Shown: positions 40,831 through 55,679 of the stretch, one piece after another | Position numbering within the stretch: the stretch's first letter is position 1 | Layout of the letters: each line of letters opens with the position of its first letter | Assembly: GCF_009914755.1 (NCBI RefSeq) | Contig: NC_060926.1 | Strand: one strand, 5' to 3' | Source: the human T2T-CHM13v2.0 reference genome, Homo sapiens | DNA: 64,000 bases | Made by a program: the position numbers and the translations under genes | Notes under the pieces: model-generated | What the model was told of the DNA's origin: nothing | The model's input: only the letters and a program-made list of their open reading frames with translations | The model's database searches: none

Positions 40831-43800
40831 TAAAGTTTCAAATGAAAAAAAGGAGTTGTCATACAATGAGTAGAATCTGGAGATAGAAACCATAAACTAG
40901 GTTGAAAAGAAGTTTAATAGAAGTACTTATGAATTCTGTTGGATGAGTAACTGCAAAATCACAGAAGGACTGTGTTCTGGGCCTGTGGCTGGACCAGGCT
41001 TTACCTGATGGGCCAGGCTTTATGTGGTGCTTGGAGGGGCTCAGGAAACATTTGTCTGTCTATCTACACTGCCAAGCTCTCCCGCCAGCACTGTAAATTT
41101 TTCCTGCAATCTTTCTTCAGCACCTTTTACAGAGAAAGGTTAAAGGTTGTGCTCACTTTAAAGGAGAAATATTTAAAAGGATTCTGTTATCAGAGAGCAT
41201 GTGTTGAAGGGTGTATTTGGAGCTGAGAGGTAATAAATTAGTAACAAAACAGAGATTCAGTGGCTAAAAGTAAATAAGAACCCTACTTGATGTCAGGTTT
41301 ACTTGGTAATGTTCCTGCCCTGACCTTGGCCTTCATTTCCATTATCTGTGCCTATCAGAAGAGGCATTGCCCTCTGCCCTTGGATCTTGCTGTCATCTCT
41401 GGATTTTACTGTAGTTCTCAGGCCCCGGGTATATATTTTTCATATTCTTCCTAATCCCCTAATCTTGGGGCAGAAGATCTGCCCTGCTGTTCTTGCATTC
41501 TTCTGCTGAAGCCTACCTGGCATCCAGCTTAACATCTGTCTCACCCTTGCTGATGGACTTCCTGGCACTAGACTACCTGCCTACCAGTCTGAGTTCCTAA
41601 GTACTGCTGCCCTGGATTCTCCTCTGCTTTCTACCACTGCAGCAGGGACCACCCTCTCACCATCTATTCCACCTGCCCCAGGACAGCAGAAGCTGCCATG
41701 TGCCAGAGGAAAGAGCCCAGGCTCTGGCTTTACCTCTGCTTGCTCCATAGCAGGGTTGTTGTGAGGAATAAAAGGAAGAACAATTTGAAATCCAAAGCAT
41801 AAACCACCTAAGCAATGACTGGCACATAGCAAGTGCTCGAGTCACTTTAGTTTCCTTTCATCCCAAAGGGCAGCTCCCAATCCTGCTGTGAGCATCTCGT
41901 AGCTGGCCCCATCCTCTGGTAAACCCCAGTTCATGGCCAGTGTTTCCAAAAATAAATATAACAACAGCAGCAACAACAATGCTTGCTATTTATTGAGCCC
42001 TTATTATTTTCCAAGGGTTGATAAGCATTAACTCATTCTAACATTAAAATAGCCTTTTATGGAGATGGCATCAATGTCTTTCAATAAATGAAGCTCAAAG
42101 ACTTTAACTCATCCAAAGTCACCCATCTACTGAAGAATGGTGCTGGGGCTCTAGGTCACATATCACAGATTCTGCTTTTGATGCTCTTAACCAAAGGTGC
42201 CTCCTAAGATAGAATATCAAGAGCTGATTAGCTCTCCTGGCTCTGAGCAAGTGCTCAGGTCTCATACTGGGCATCTTCTGGGAAAGGCACTAAACCCTAG
42301 TGCTTCAAAATGTTATTTGGGGATAATGATACTTATCATTCTCAACACAATATAATAAAGATTAATTAGTGGATGTTGGTAAAGCACTTTGAAGGGGAGT
42401 GATTTAGGCATAATCACAAGTCTTACCTCTCATTGATCTTGAGCATCCTTTTTATTTAGTATTGATTCATTGTTATTGACCCAGCTTGATGGCTATTAAT
42501 CAGGCCGGCTCAGGTTTTACCATTTCCAAATACATTTCTGCAAATTGGTAGTATAAGTTATTTTTGTCATAATGCATCCAGGCTTCCAACTGTCATTTTA
42601 ACTGAGAATTTGAAAGGTTGAATTAATTCAACCTTCAATGACAGTTTTTTCATACTTTTATTATAGCTATTAATACATGGTATCATAATTTATTGCATAT
42701 GTGTCATCTGAGGCTTCTCCATTTGAACTCCTTAGAGAGAGGATTATAATTTCTTAGTTATCACCAAATGAAATGGCTCCAGTAAGTGCCAAACATGATA
42801 TCTAACATCTACTTCAGCTAAATATTAGTTGAATGGACGGGATTGTCTAAAACAGTTTAGTGTACTTGAGGCAGATTATGTTGAGATTGGGTTTAAGGAC
42901 AAACACTTAAAGATGATTAAAACTTTTAGGTGGTTAAATTACCCAGTTTATTTTCTCTCCCCACCTGTTATATACTACACTTGCTCAGTAGCTACCATGG
43001 CCATCTTTGCAATCACCTTGATTTTCAACTTCTGTTTTTTGCTAGAACCTATATAGAAACAGCACAAGACAAGAATTCTGAACAGTTGTTTTTTCCTTCC
43101 AGGAAGGAAGCATTGATGCTAGAGATGCAGTGTTTGCTAAATGCATACCAGTGCTAGACATAGAGCTGTACACAATGATTAGGTGAGATACTGTCATTTA
43201 CCCAGGCATTGTAGGAAAGCAAACTGAGGCTCATGAAGATCAGGTACCTTGTCTCAGTCACACAGCTAGGAAGTAGAAGCTTCTGGACTTGAAACCAGAT
43301 TTTGACTGGCTTTAACTCTTGTAGCTTTCAGCCACAACATAACTCCTTCCAGGGTTGGTAATCAATCATCCCTCTCCCCTTTCTCATCAGAGAAAACGTT
43401 TCAGCAAATATTTAATCAATACTAACAATATGGGATTCTGCAAGTAATTCATTACCACTTATTTTCATTTTATTTTACAGCTTGATCATAACAAAAATAG
43501 AACAGACAGAGGGCTGTTGTGCTGGTGCTGAGAGAGGCTCTGAACAGGCAGGAGAGATTGAGCAAAACTGGATAACTCTAGCAGACAGCAGATGCTGAAT
43601 GGGATTGGCTGTCTAGGCTCAATCCCAGGGAACTGATAAGACAGAACCGTGTGTTCAGGGAGAGTGATAAGAAAGAACTGGGTCAATCTCAGAAACATTT
43701 GCAGAGTTCAGGTGTTGAAGAAAGAGACATGAGCTCTCCCTTTTGTATTAGTGGACTGTTGAAGTGAAGCCCCTGAAACCAATTTTGCACTGCACAGTGT

Positions 43801-45161
43801 GACCTTGGAGCAGGCATAGCCCTATGGTGACTGCAGAGAAGAGGATATGAGAATCTCATTGTAAATATAATCACCCTGTCCTGTACTTGGTAGCTCCTGG
43901 TCTTCTAAGGTTGCATCTCTTTCTCCTCTTCCTTCTCATTTCTGCACCGCCTTTCAGTCCTGCTCACTCCACCTTCCCCACCAGCAGTTCCAGCCACCAT
44001 GGAAGTGAGCCCCACTGCAAGGAATACTCAGTAGAAAGACAGTGTTTGGACCAGAGACGTGGTATTTTTTTCTCTTACTATCCTGAACCCTCTGGCAAGC
44101 AGGAAGAAAAGATGAAAAGAGAAGAAGAAGGCAGCAAGGTTGTGGCTGAGGTGAAGTTTTCAGCATCCATCTGAATTGGAGAGGCTAATCTGTGTAGCCT
44201 GTGATCAACCTCTCCACCAATACTGTCAGCACCAGGTAGGGGGAGGTGAAAATACTGGAATTTCAGCACAAGAAGAAGCTCTGTCTCCATGTTAGTAATG
44301 CAAAAATGAAGCAGAACATAACCATAGATCATGGAATCTTTAGGACCCTCAGAGACCTGAGGACCACCTTACCATGACTCATCAGGTTGGGAGACTGGGG
44401 GACCGTGCATTGTCAGAGAGCCCACATTCAGAGGTGGGATGCTTAATTCATCCTTCGATGCATTCATCACATAGTTTTAAGTATCTACTACATACCAAGC
44501 TGTGTGTTATATATAATGTATGAAGTATTGAACGAAACAGATTCAGACTTGCCCTACAGGAGTCTACACTTCAATGGAAAGGAAAAAGCAAGACTCGAAC
44601 TCTTCTGCTTACTCCCACTGGATGCTCCCTCCTGAAGACCTCAGCATGAATCAGGACTGGAGGCTGTTCTGCTTTCTTCTCTTGGTCGGTGCCTCTAGGC
44701 TTACATCTCCCAGAGAAGCTCAAAGAGACGTTTGACTTTTCTAGGTAAGATTCCTATGCTGAGAGGGAAGAAGGAAGCCGGGAAAGAGAAACAGAGAGAA
44801 AGAACATACTGTTTCTCCACAGTTGAATGGACTCCAGAGACAGTATTTCTGCAGCAGCACAGAATCCCCTGGTCCTCATTTGCCCTGCAGTATCTCACTG
44901 GAGATGGGTTCCACAGGGTCAGACAATCCCTGTCCAGCATAGTCCTGAGCCTCCTGGGACAGCCCTGTCTCTCCGATGACATCTGTTTCTTCTTGTCCCA
45001 TGGCTGGTAAACTATTTCCCTAGATCTGTAAATGTGGGTGATTCATATAGTTAGCCATTGTTCCAATGAACCTGGGACAATTTCTGCCTCTTTCTATTAT
45101 TATCTCATATCATGAGTCCAATTTGATTGAAGCTTATAGGACATTGAAAAATGCATATATA

Positions 45162-45494
<333 letters not shown>

Positions 45495-48400
45495 TTATAT
45501 ACAATTATATACATAATTTATACGTGTATATATATAAAGTATATACTTGTATATATATAAAGTACCTTAGCAAAAGAGACACTGGCCCATGCCAAATTCC
45601 TCCCTTATTTTTACAAATATGTCAAAGACATTTGTGAAAAGAATCCCCTTCCTTAGGCTTTAAAAATAAAACCTGACAACATGCATTGACCACTCTCAGA
45701 GTTACAAATTCATAAAAGATTCAAAGACTACAGCTCTCCTAAGAGGAATAACTTTATAGGGAAAGAAAGGAATGAAACTGGAGAAATCTGTGATTCCTAG
45801 CTCCAAAATGACCCCCAGGACCTTCAGACTACCTTGGCATCTGTTTATGTTGCTGAACAAGAAAATGCAAACACGAGTGGGACTGGATGTTTCATAACTC
45901 CTTCAACTTAACCTGAGCTTCAGTTGGCCCAATGATACTATAGCATTTTGGGCTCTAAAAAGACAATCCAAACTGGTGGTAGTGCTAAAATAAAGATTTA
46001 CTCTCAATCATTGCCAAACAGATTAAATAACATAGATGTTACTTTGTTTCATTCTATTTTTTATGACTTGAACTATTACAAGTGTACCCCATCCAGCTCC
46101 ATAATTGCCTAGCAGATTGTTGAAGGGTGGTTTTGTATTTCTGCAGATGGTGCCACCTACAGCAGTCCTTCAGTTGTTGTTTACTCTGCCAGTAGCCTTG
46201 GTCATGATCTTCTAATAGCTCATTTAGGAGAGAAGAGGGAACCATGTGGCATTTCTGTTCACAGTTCACTCACAATCAGCAGCCAATGTTATATTGTCAT
46301 GGATACAGTGGTGCAAGGGGTGGACAACTGCTGATTATGCCAAATTCATTTCCAAGTTATTGCTCAGATACCTAGTGAAGAATAGAGATATACAGTATAT
46401 GTGGCAAAAACGTATTAAAATGATCACAACAAAAGCCTGTTTATCAAATATTCAAGGCTGCCATAATTATTGAGGGATAGTTTCATTTAATATTATAGAA
46501 AAACTTGTTAAGATAGAGCCAGAGCTGAATTTAATTGAAGTGTCTAAAAATGGCTGTAATTGTGTTTCTAGGTTACTGTTATCCCTATATGTGCTGTGAA
46601 TGGGTTATCAGAGCTTTCATTGCTTTAAACTTTTTTTAAAGATAATATGCAAAACTCAAAAAGTTCTTTTCAGGTCCATGAAGTTCTCTGTTTGAAGGCC
46701 CTTAAAACATAGTCAATAGTTATTCAAATACTGTTCATGATCTTAATGATCACAATTCTTCTCCTTCTCCTCCTCCTCCTTTTTCTTCTCAGGACAATAG
46801 GAGCGTATTTTGGAAAAATTATAAAGTAGTTACAAAAAATTACTCTGCAATCAATGTACTTTCCAAAACAAATGATATCATAGGGAGAAAAGAAATGCTT
46901 GCCTATTTTGATATTAGGTATAACTAATGTGTTAGCTCTATCAAATTGTAGGTTATACTCTTTGCACGTCTAGACTAGCAGTGTAGTGGAAATTTTATGC
47001 AATTGCTAAGATGATTCAGACTCCTGTCTGATTTTTTTCAGGTAACTGGAGCAGATACATAGGCAATATGGGATAATTATTGGATAAAGACAGATGCTTT
47101 GGTACATCATTTCATCATGAGGATAAAATTATAACTTATATTTCAACTACAAACTATTACGTGATTTTAAAATTACTGAAAGAAAGTGAGAAAGGGAGAT
47201 TGAGAAAGGGAGGAAGAGAAAGGAGAGGATGAGAGAAAGGCAGAAGAGAAGAGGGAAAGAGAAAGAGAAACAGAGAGACAGAGTCATCTAGGTACATATT
47301 GTGAAGAACAATAAAAAATGTGTTGGCACATTTTGCTGTCCTCTGAGATATCACTAAAGACATGGGAGTAATTTGACTCAGTGTTGATTGATGTTATTAT
47401 CAGCAGTATACTCTCTATGAGGGTTTTGCTCATGACAAAGTGAACACCTAGGAAACTCATTCACCACCTGGAGTTTAATCTCTCATGGAGCCTAACATGG
47501 GGGTGGGTTAACCATAGAAGAGCATTTCGAAAGGAGGAACAAAGAGCTGACTAAGGTTAATGTATTTTTCATGGAGATATCAAGTAATCTATCCAGTATG
47601 TAAGAGATTTGAAGTTAAATATGTAAGGATTGCTTAGAACATAAAATCTATTAAGTATCTAAAAATAAGTATTTAATAAATACGTTTAGTAGATAAATCT
47701 ATAAGAAAAAACATGTTTATTAAAAATGCCGTCACTGATGTATTAAAATTACTGGTATGATGCAGAGAAATTTAGATTCTTTTTTAAACTGCACAGTCCA
47801 AATTCTAATGCTGGCATTTGTGATTGAAAAATCTTTAAAAGTTGATCAGGTGAACAAAATTAGACCAAAAATTTTGTTCATCAAACAAAATGTCTGTGAC
47901 ATTTTAACTCATGATGATGAAACTGACCAAGTTCGAATTTCTTTTCATTTTTTTTCTTCTTATCTTGTAGGATGTTTCTAAAATCTTTGCCCAAGTTTCT
48001 CTTTTATAGTGGGATTTATTTAGAATAAAGGAAAATAGAAAATATTTGATGTTTGAAGGGTATAAATGATTAATATCAGATAAGTTTTAAGATTAAAAGA
48101 AGAAAGAAGGAACAATGAGCTATATGCTCATCAAATACTTTTAAATGTTATATACTTTATATATATACCATTTCTGCCCAAGGTAAAGTTAGAGAAATGA
48201 CAATGACAACCGTAGGTCATGATAAGAAGGTCAATTGCTTGTCTAGACGCTGTCTTTGATAACAATAAGCATTTTAAGATAGAAGGAAAGCATATCCCTT
48301 TCAAAAAGGTAACTAAATAGGGTGATGTGTTCTTCTATTACCAATAATTGGCCCTGGAATTAAAAGTAGAACATTTTCCTTTCAGTAACTTGCTTGTGCA

Positions 48401-49104
48401 TCAGGCTAGATACCGCCTTCTCTGTTGTAAATGAAATTCAGAGAAAAGAGAATAATTCTGGTTTTAATTAAGGTGATGCATTATTAGAGACCACATATGA
48501 ACACATTTCATATTCATTATTGTGTTAGATACTATATGAAATTTATAATGACCTCTTTCAATAGATTATATGCATCTATATGAACTAGACAGTATTCACA
48601 CTCAGTTTTATCTCTTATTCCTTAACATCTTCCTTTCATTCTTGGTTATTATGGTTTCTTAAGGGATTTTGTTGTCATTTGTTTGTTTCTACCTACATTT
48701 TTATTATCAAGGAGATATATATATATATATGATATCTCATAAGACACTAAGCATTTTCTTCATTTCAGTTTTTCCTTTTTGCAAGGGTGAGTTTTGTTGT
48801 GATTATGAGTAGAATTGAACCTGTAAAGGATGCTGGAGCTAGCTGAATTTAAACTTCGTCAGGTTACAATGCAAAAATATCATGACAAGAGTGTTTCATC
48901 TTGTCTATTGATGAGCACAGCACAAAGTAGAAAATGCTCCCTTTTAGCGCTGACTGCCAAATTTCTAAACTGGTGCTCTAATTACACCCTGCACCATGAA
49001 GGCTTGTCCATTTGCACATCAGGGTAGAGCAAATCCCGCAGCACACTGGAGGGTTGGTGCTGTCAAATGAACCAGGACAGTGGTTAAATGACTCTGTCTT
49101 ATAA

Positions 49105-49330
49105 TCTTTTTTCCTAACATTTTGTAATAAAATTTTTCAGACATATCACAAAGTTTTGAATACCTGTATACTTTCCACCCTGCTTTCTACCATTAACATT
49201 TTGCTGCACTTGCTTTATCTCCTATCTATCCCTCTATCCATCCTGCTACCTGTGGCAATCCATCTTATTTTTGAGATGCATTTCAAAGTGAATTGCAGTG
49301 CTGTTCTTCTAAATACTTCAGCTTGCTCTA
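49105..49330 (-). mobile_element. L1ME 3' end fragment
   Basis: AAAATTTTTCAGACATA..ACCATTAACATTTTGC..GATGCATTTCAAAGTGAATTGCAG. Confidence 0.65.
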
Positions 49331-50195
49331 ATGGTTTTGATGAAGAAAATGGATGCATTTCTCCCAACCAAGTCTGAAAAAGCAATTTTTGAGAGGCAAA
49401 TAAAGGTGGAGGAAATTATTTTCCGGGAACAAAGATATGGGGAAAAATAAGTTTTGAGAGACCACACGGGGTCATTTTATAACATGCTGTTCTAGTCCTG
49501 CTGGAATTTAAATCAATATGCCTTTTTTTCTCCCTGGAGCAAGAAAGAATTGCTCATCATCAGATTTGTGTGACATTCTTAGGACCAGCAACACATTGAT
49601 ATTAACTTAATACCAAGTGATGATAAAAATATGAGAATTGCTAGTGGATTTTGTTGTTATACCACTAAGCAGATATAGGACCATTTTGTTTATATATGCT
49701 ATTAAAACCCAAATAGTAGAGTCAGGATGGCCTGGCTTAGAATGACATAAAAGTCATTTTATTAGACCATTGTTTTGCTAAAATGATAAGTATTAATACA
49801 TGTAACAAAGTAATTGAGATACGTGTTCATCTCTGCACATTATTATGTTGTTCTTTGGCTGCGCAGTGACTCAACCTTACTTGGTAAAAGATGGCTAAGT
49901 GAGTTACAAAGCAATGTAGTGAGTGGAACTAGGAGTTCTGAACAGGAGTTGTTAGAACAATCCCTTTAGCAGAAATTCTTAAATTGGAACCAAAGATAAA
50001 TTATATAGGGCAGTCCTCAATCTGCCATACACACAGAATTAGAGATGATTTAACTTTGGGACCCTTCATGTTTCAATGATTCAGGAATTGATAAATGGGG
50101 CAGGATGGTGCATAATGTAAAATGATTATACTGTGCAACCTGTGTGGCAAAGAAAAATAGACACACTCCTGTTACCTAGGGGTAGAGGGTGATAG

Positions 50196-50959
50196 TGAAA
50201 TGAAAGAGTTCCCCAATTCCCCTTTCAGGACATGTGACAGAGGTGTGGCTCCCCTGTTGGATCACTCAGACCCCTTGAGGGAGGGGGAGCATGCAGAAGG
50301 ACAAGTGCAGAGGCCGGGTGAGCACTTTGGGCTGGTTCTAGGGGTGGGTGCCTGCAACCTTGGGGTTACAAAGCTCCTACAGCTTTGCCACCTGCGGATG
50401 GCTTGAGAGTTAACCAGCTCAGTTAACCCTCTGCCTTTTCACAAGGGCAAAGGGCCAGTACAACAACTTTCTGTAACCCAAGCTCTTGTCCAGTGTCCTG
50501 GAAAGATTAGGTCACACATGGACTCAAAGGATGAAGGCAAAGTTTTATTGAGTGGTGGAGGTGGCTTTCAGTGAGATGAATGGGGAGCCGGAAGTGGGGG
50601 ATGGAGTGTGAAGGCGATCCTCCCCTGGAGCTGGGTTGTCCAGCAGCCGGATTCCTCTCCCACCACCCCCAGACGAACTCCTCTCGGTGTTCAGATGTTC
50701 CTCCTCTTCTCCCTTTCTCTGCTGTGTTGTTCTGCCTTCTGTCCGCTGGTCTGCTGGCTTGCTGGTCTGCTCTGGAGCTTGGGTTTCGGGGTTATATGGG
50801 TGCAGGATAGGGGGCATGGTGGGCCAAAAGGCAACTTTTGGGTATGAAAACAGGAATGTCTGTTCTCATTTAGGGTGTGGGTCTTCAGGCTTGAGGGTGG
50901 GCCTTTGCAGGGGAACCACTGTCTTCCACCCAGTATTTCCCTGTCTCCTGTCCCTATCA
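50196..50959 (-). mobile_element. ERV1 solo LTR (MER50-like)
   Basis: Reverse complement starts TGATAGGGACAGGAGACAGGGAAATACTGGG..AAAGGCCCACCCTCAAGCCTGAAGACCC; TG..CA ends; 4-bp TSD ATAG (50192-50195, 50960-50963). Confidence 0.88.
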
Positions 50960-53900
50960 ATAGGATGGTGGAAAACAACCATGGAAGCTTACAGAGGTTG
51001 ACTGGGACCCAATCTAATGGTAATTCAAAGGAGGAGGACTTGTAATTCCACCAGGGTTAGACAGAAAAAGAGAATACTTCAGAAGGTTATAAAGAACAGA
51101 GAGAAAACTGATTATGGTGGTTGAACTTTGGAAGGGAAAAATGGCCACTGAGTAGGCAAGGAGAAAGAATGGGAGGTATACAGACCTTTTCCATGAAATG
51201 ACATGACATTTGATCTATGAGGTCCTCCACATGGGAGAGCTTCTGATTCTTTCTTTTGCCCAGAAGTGTCTACACATCCATGTGTAAGGTCTGGATGAGG
51301 TCTCATATCTTCCAGTCAACACTCCTCAGTCCTTCTATCCATAGAGATCTTGTGCGTGGTAATATACCCCATCCCACCTGGGAAGCTGACACAGAGGGGC
51401 ATCTGGAGAGAAGGAAAAGGACAGCAGCTATAGATTATGCACTATTTTGGTCAAACAGAGAAATATCACAAAATGAGAGGCCTGGAAGAAAGTCAGCCTT
51501 CTAATTTTATAGAAAGCTTAAGTGATTCACCTAATAAGTTCATACAGCAAGTTAATTAAAAGCATGGACTTTACCTGGACTTCTAGTCCAACATTGTTAA
51601 GAGGAAGTGAGAGATGAAGAAAAATAGAATGGGAAGGAAAAAGAGAGAAGGAGGAGAAGGGAGAGAGAGGATGGTAGAAAAAGAGGGAATAAAAGAAAAG
51701 AAAAGAAAAATATAGGTAAATATCACCCAGTCCACTAAAATATTTTATTTCTTCATTTTTAAAATATAACACACACACTCACAGACACAAATACTCCTTT
51801 TTATAGGCAAACTATATTATTCATTTAAACCTATGCACTCTTACTTTCCCCAGGCTAACCAAATGACTCAATTGGGTAAATTACTGCAGTAATTACTTTA
51901 GATGTCATTTGTTCTCCGATATTTTCATTAAAAAGGAAAAAAAATCCCACTATTTTAAAATGTCCATAAATTCTAAAATTATATCTTTAACTTCCCCACC
52001 TTGTTTTAGTTTAAAACATTCTGTTCTGTCACCTTCCTGACATCCAACCATGACCGGATGAGTGTCACAGAGGCTGCAAGTTGTTAACTTGTAGAGAGCC
52101 ATACCAGACAAACACATTCAATGCCTTCTTCCCTTCCTTGTTCTCCTTTAAATATACTATATGTATATAAACATTTCCATAAGGAAAAAATCAAGAATTA
52201 AGTAATTAGCTAATTTAGGTAGTTTTTCTCAAAACTTCTATAAGAGAGAAAAAAGACTATTTCTTGACATTTTCTGGAAAATCCCCAAAAAATTCCAAAT
52301 AGCCCCACTCTGCCATCCAGGGACCACAGCCAACCACCCCTAACCTTTACCCTCACCCTGAAACAACCTCACCTTCCTTTCCTTTCACCCACACTTGACA
52401 CACGTTGACTCTTTGCTAGCCAAATGTTTATCACTTTGTTAATAAGAAATGGTTTAAATTGATTATATGAAGACGTATGTCTTCTCCTCCTTTGTTCTTT
52501 TCTACAAAACAAAAGTCAACGGTAATCTACTTTATAGTCACCTTTGTGGAAACCCATTTTTGTCTGCTCGATAATGGAAGAAATTTGAATTTTAGCAAAG
52601 GCATAGTTTAGAATAGGTACAATCAATAAACAATAAACATAGCCCACAGAGATTTTGAAAGTGAACATATTTCCTACATTATGCTATTATACATGCTAAA
52701 GGAAAAAAGCCTTCTCTGAATATCAGAGAAAAGAATTAATGAGGTAAATTAGATTTAGAAGTTTTCTATTGGACCTTTGCCAAAAGACGCTCATATGAAT
52801 GCATTCTTATTTTTGTATCATATATAAGCTTTTCATATTTATGTCAACAAGGGTTACAGCATTGTGCAAAAGTTGAAGAGACCGTGAGGTTAATTATAGG
52901 ACATACTTTTTAAAATTATATATAATTGGCAAAAACAGATATTTTTCTCTTTGCATAGTGTCATCTATTGCTTCTATCTATCATCTATCATCTATCATTT
53001 ATCCATCCATTGAGCCAGCCAGGCAGCCAGCTAATATATAATACATCGGAGGATGTGCTAGGGTTAAAAAGAAGAATGAGACACATTCCCTGTCTTGAGT
53101 AAGTTCACAGTGTAACAAAATGCCCTGTCTTTCAACTTGGGCTTCACCTCCAGAGGTTCATGTAGGGCAGTCCTTAAGGCCAGAGAATAAATATGACATG
53201 TCTGTCTGCAGCTTCACTCTAAGGCTAAGCTATTGAGAGTATTAACAAGTCCCTTCAACATTTTTATAGCTAAAACAAATATGGATATTTCATGGAATAC
53301 AGGCAAAATTTGCAAGGACGTAGAAACATTTAAGAGTAAACAAAGATCCTGACTGATATTCTGTGATTCCAGAGGAGGAATGGCTGTTTGGCTCAAACCC
53401 CCAGAAGGAAGCATAGCAGGTATAGATGCACCAGGAAAGAATGTGGGGACTTACACCACCTGAGCAGGTAGAGCCAGTCTGGGAAGGGCCTCAAATGCTA
53501 TGCTGATGAACTTGAACTTTATCCCAGAGGCTCCGGGAAGTCACAGTGAGTGAACCAACACAATGAAGCTCTCCAAATAGTTTCAGTCTTATTGGTAGGC
53601 TGTTACCAGGCATTGTCTAAAACTTGTTGAGGCAGCAAAATAAAATGGATATTGTGCTATAGATGGTGAGCTAAAAAAACCTCCCTTTTGGTTCCACCAA
53701 CCAACCACTAACCACGTAAATGCACTTGTATAAGTACCTCAGGCTATCTGAGACCCAGCCACCTAATCTACTAAAGAGAGAGAAAATCATTTGCCCTTTT
53801 GCCCTGACAGGGTCACTGTGTGTCCCAAGGGAGACTATGTCCATGAAAGCTCTAGGTGAATGGTGAAGCACTGAACAATACATTAATGAGTCATTGCAAC

Positions 53901-54331
53901 TGTGAAATAAAAGCACTCAGTAAATATTCTCATAATTTGTATGTGTTTCCCAATCCTGCTTTCATTATTTTTAATTCATATAGCCTGCCTTTAGTCACAG
54001 GATGAAGGGGTCATGTTCTTGCAAGACTATTGTTTTTCTTTGTTTGTTTGTTTTTTATGACATGTAAGCACAGCCTCCAGTGCAATAATTCAGTAGTAGC
54101 TCAATAAGTGTTTCTTGTGTGACTGTTCTTATGGCCACATGCTTTACATCTAGCCTTGTTCATGTTCCCCTCAAACAAGTGCAATCTCCTTCTCTTCCTT
54201 TCTCTTGCTGTTTCTCAACTACATGTTCAGAATGATGCTTTGACCCTGAGCTACTTGAGGCCATCTGGGTATCTCGGTATTTCTATAGAGCCATTCATCT
54301 CAGAGCTTCCTGATCACTGTTCTCTGTATTC

Positions 54332-54669
<338 letters not shown>

Positions 54670-55679
54670 TAACAGATAAGTTTAACCCAAGTTTCTTTTA
54701 CATTATCATTATTTATTTATTTATTCATACAGCAAGAATTAAATGTGTCCCTACCTACAGCATGAGATTCTGGGAAAATAATAGGGAAATTAAATTTTTT
54801 TGTTCCTGGCTTGAAGGTGTTCCAGAAGGGTGGGATGAACAAATATGTAAGCAATTACTAATAAAGCAATGCAGAAAGACTAGAATAAATGCATCAACAA
54901 AGCATGCGGGCTTTCCAAGCAGACACTGACTGACTCTGCCTTGGAGAATCTGAGGAGGCTTCACAAAAAAGGTGGCATTAAAGAATCTCAAATAATGATG
55001 ACTTATTTCTTATTTACTCTCCTGGTCATGTGTAGCCCAACTTGTTTCAAAAACTATTTCAGATGGATCTCAAAACTATAGGTAATCCATATAAAAGTAA
55101 GTGAGGAAATCAGGATATTGAGAAAATAGGAAGAATCAAATAAAATAAAGGCATGGTGAGATTAGCCCACAAGATAAATAAATAAATAAATAAAAAGAGA
55201 CCTTTAGGCTCAATAGAGATGGGCCACAGATTCAGCTCTGAGCTAAAGCAAAGAAGAGAAACATCTGAAATGCATCAGTGTGCTTAAACACAAACCAGCT
55301 CTGGGAGATCTCAAATATTCTTGGTACTGAGAGACATTTCCTTGGTGGCCCCCATAAAGAAAACCCTGTGAAATCTTACAAACAATACTTTTAAACAACT
55401 TCACTACAGTCAAGAGGGTAGCAATTTTCATGGGTTTGTTTTCACATCTTATGGGAACCAATGGCAGAATGTCCATGCCAAGTTTAGTAAAAGCAATTCT
55501 GTGTTGTCAGGTATACAACTCAGAACAATGATATAATTTTGCCAGGTGGGGCTGGAATTTGGAGCTGAAGAAACAAGATGAACTGCGCAGAGTTGTGAAA
55601 GTGCCTGAAGTGGCTGTGGAACCAGCCAGAGTTTGGCATGGCTGCAGCATAAGGTGTGTCTGGGAGCTCCCGCTGCCTG

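Noticed and set aside
50545-51001. Five overlapping ORFs on both strands
   Set aside because: Expected from a GC-rich, stop-poor LTR
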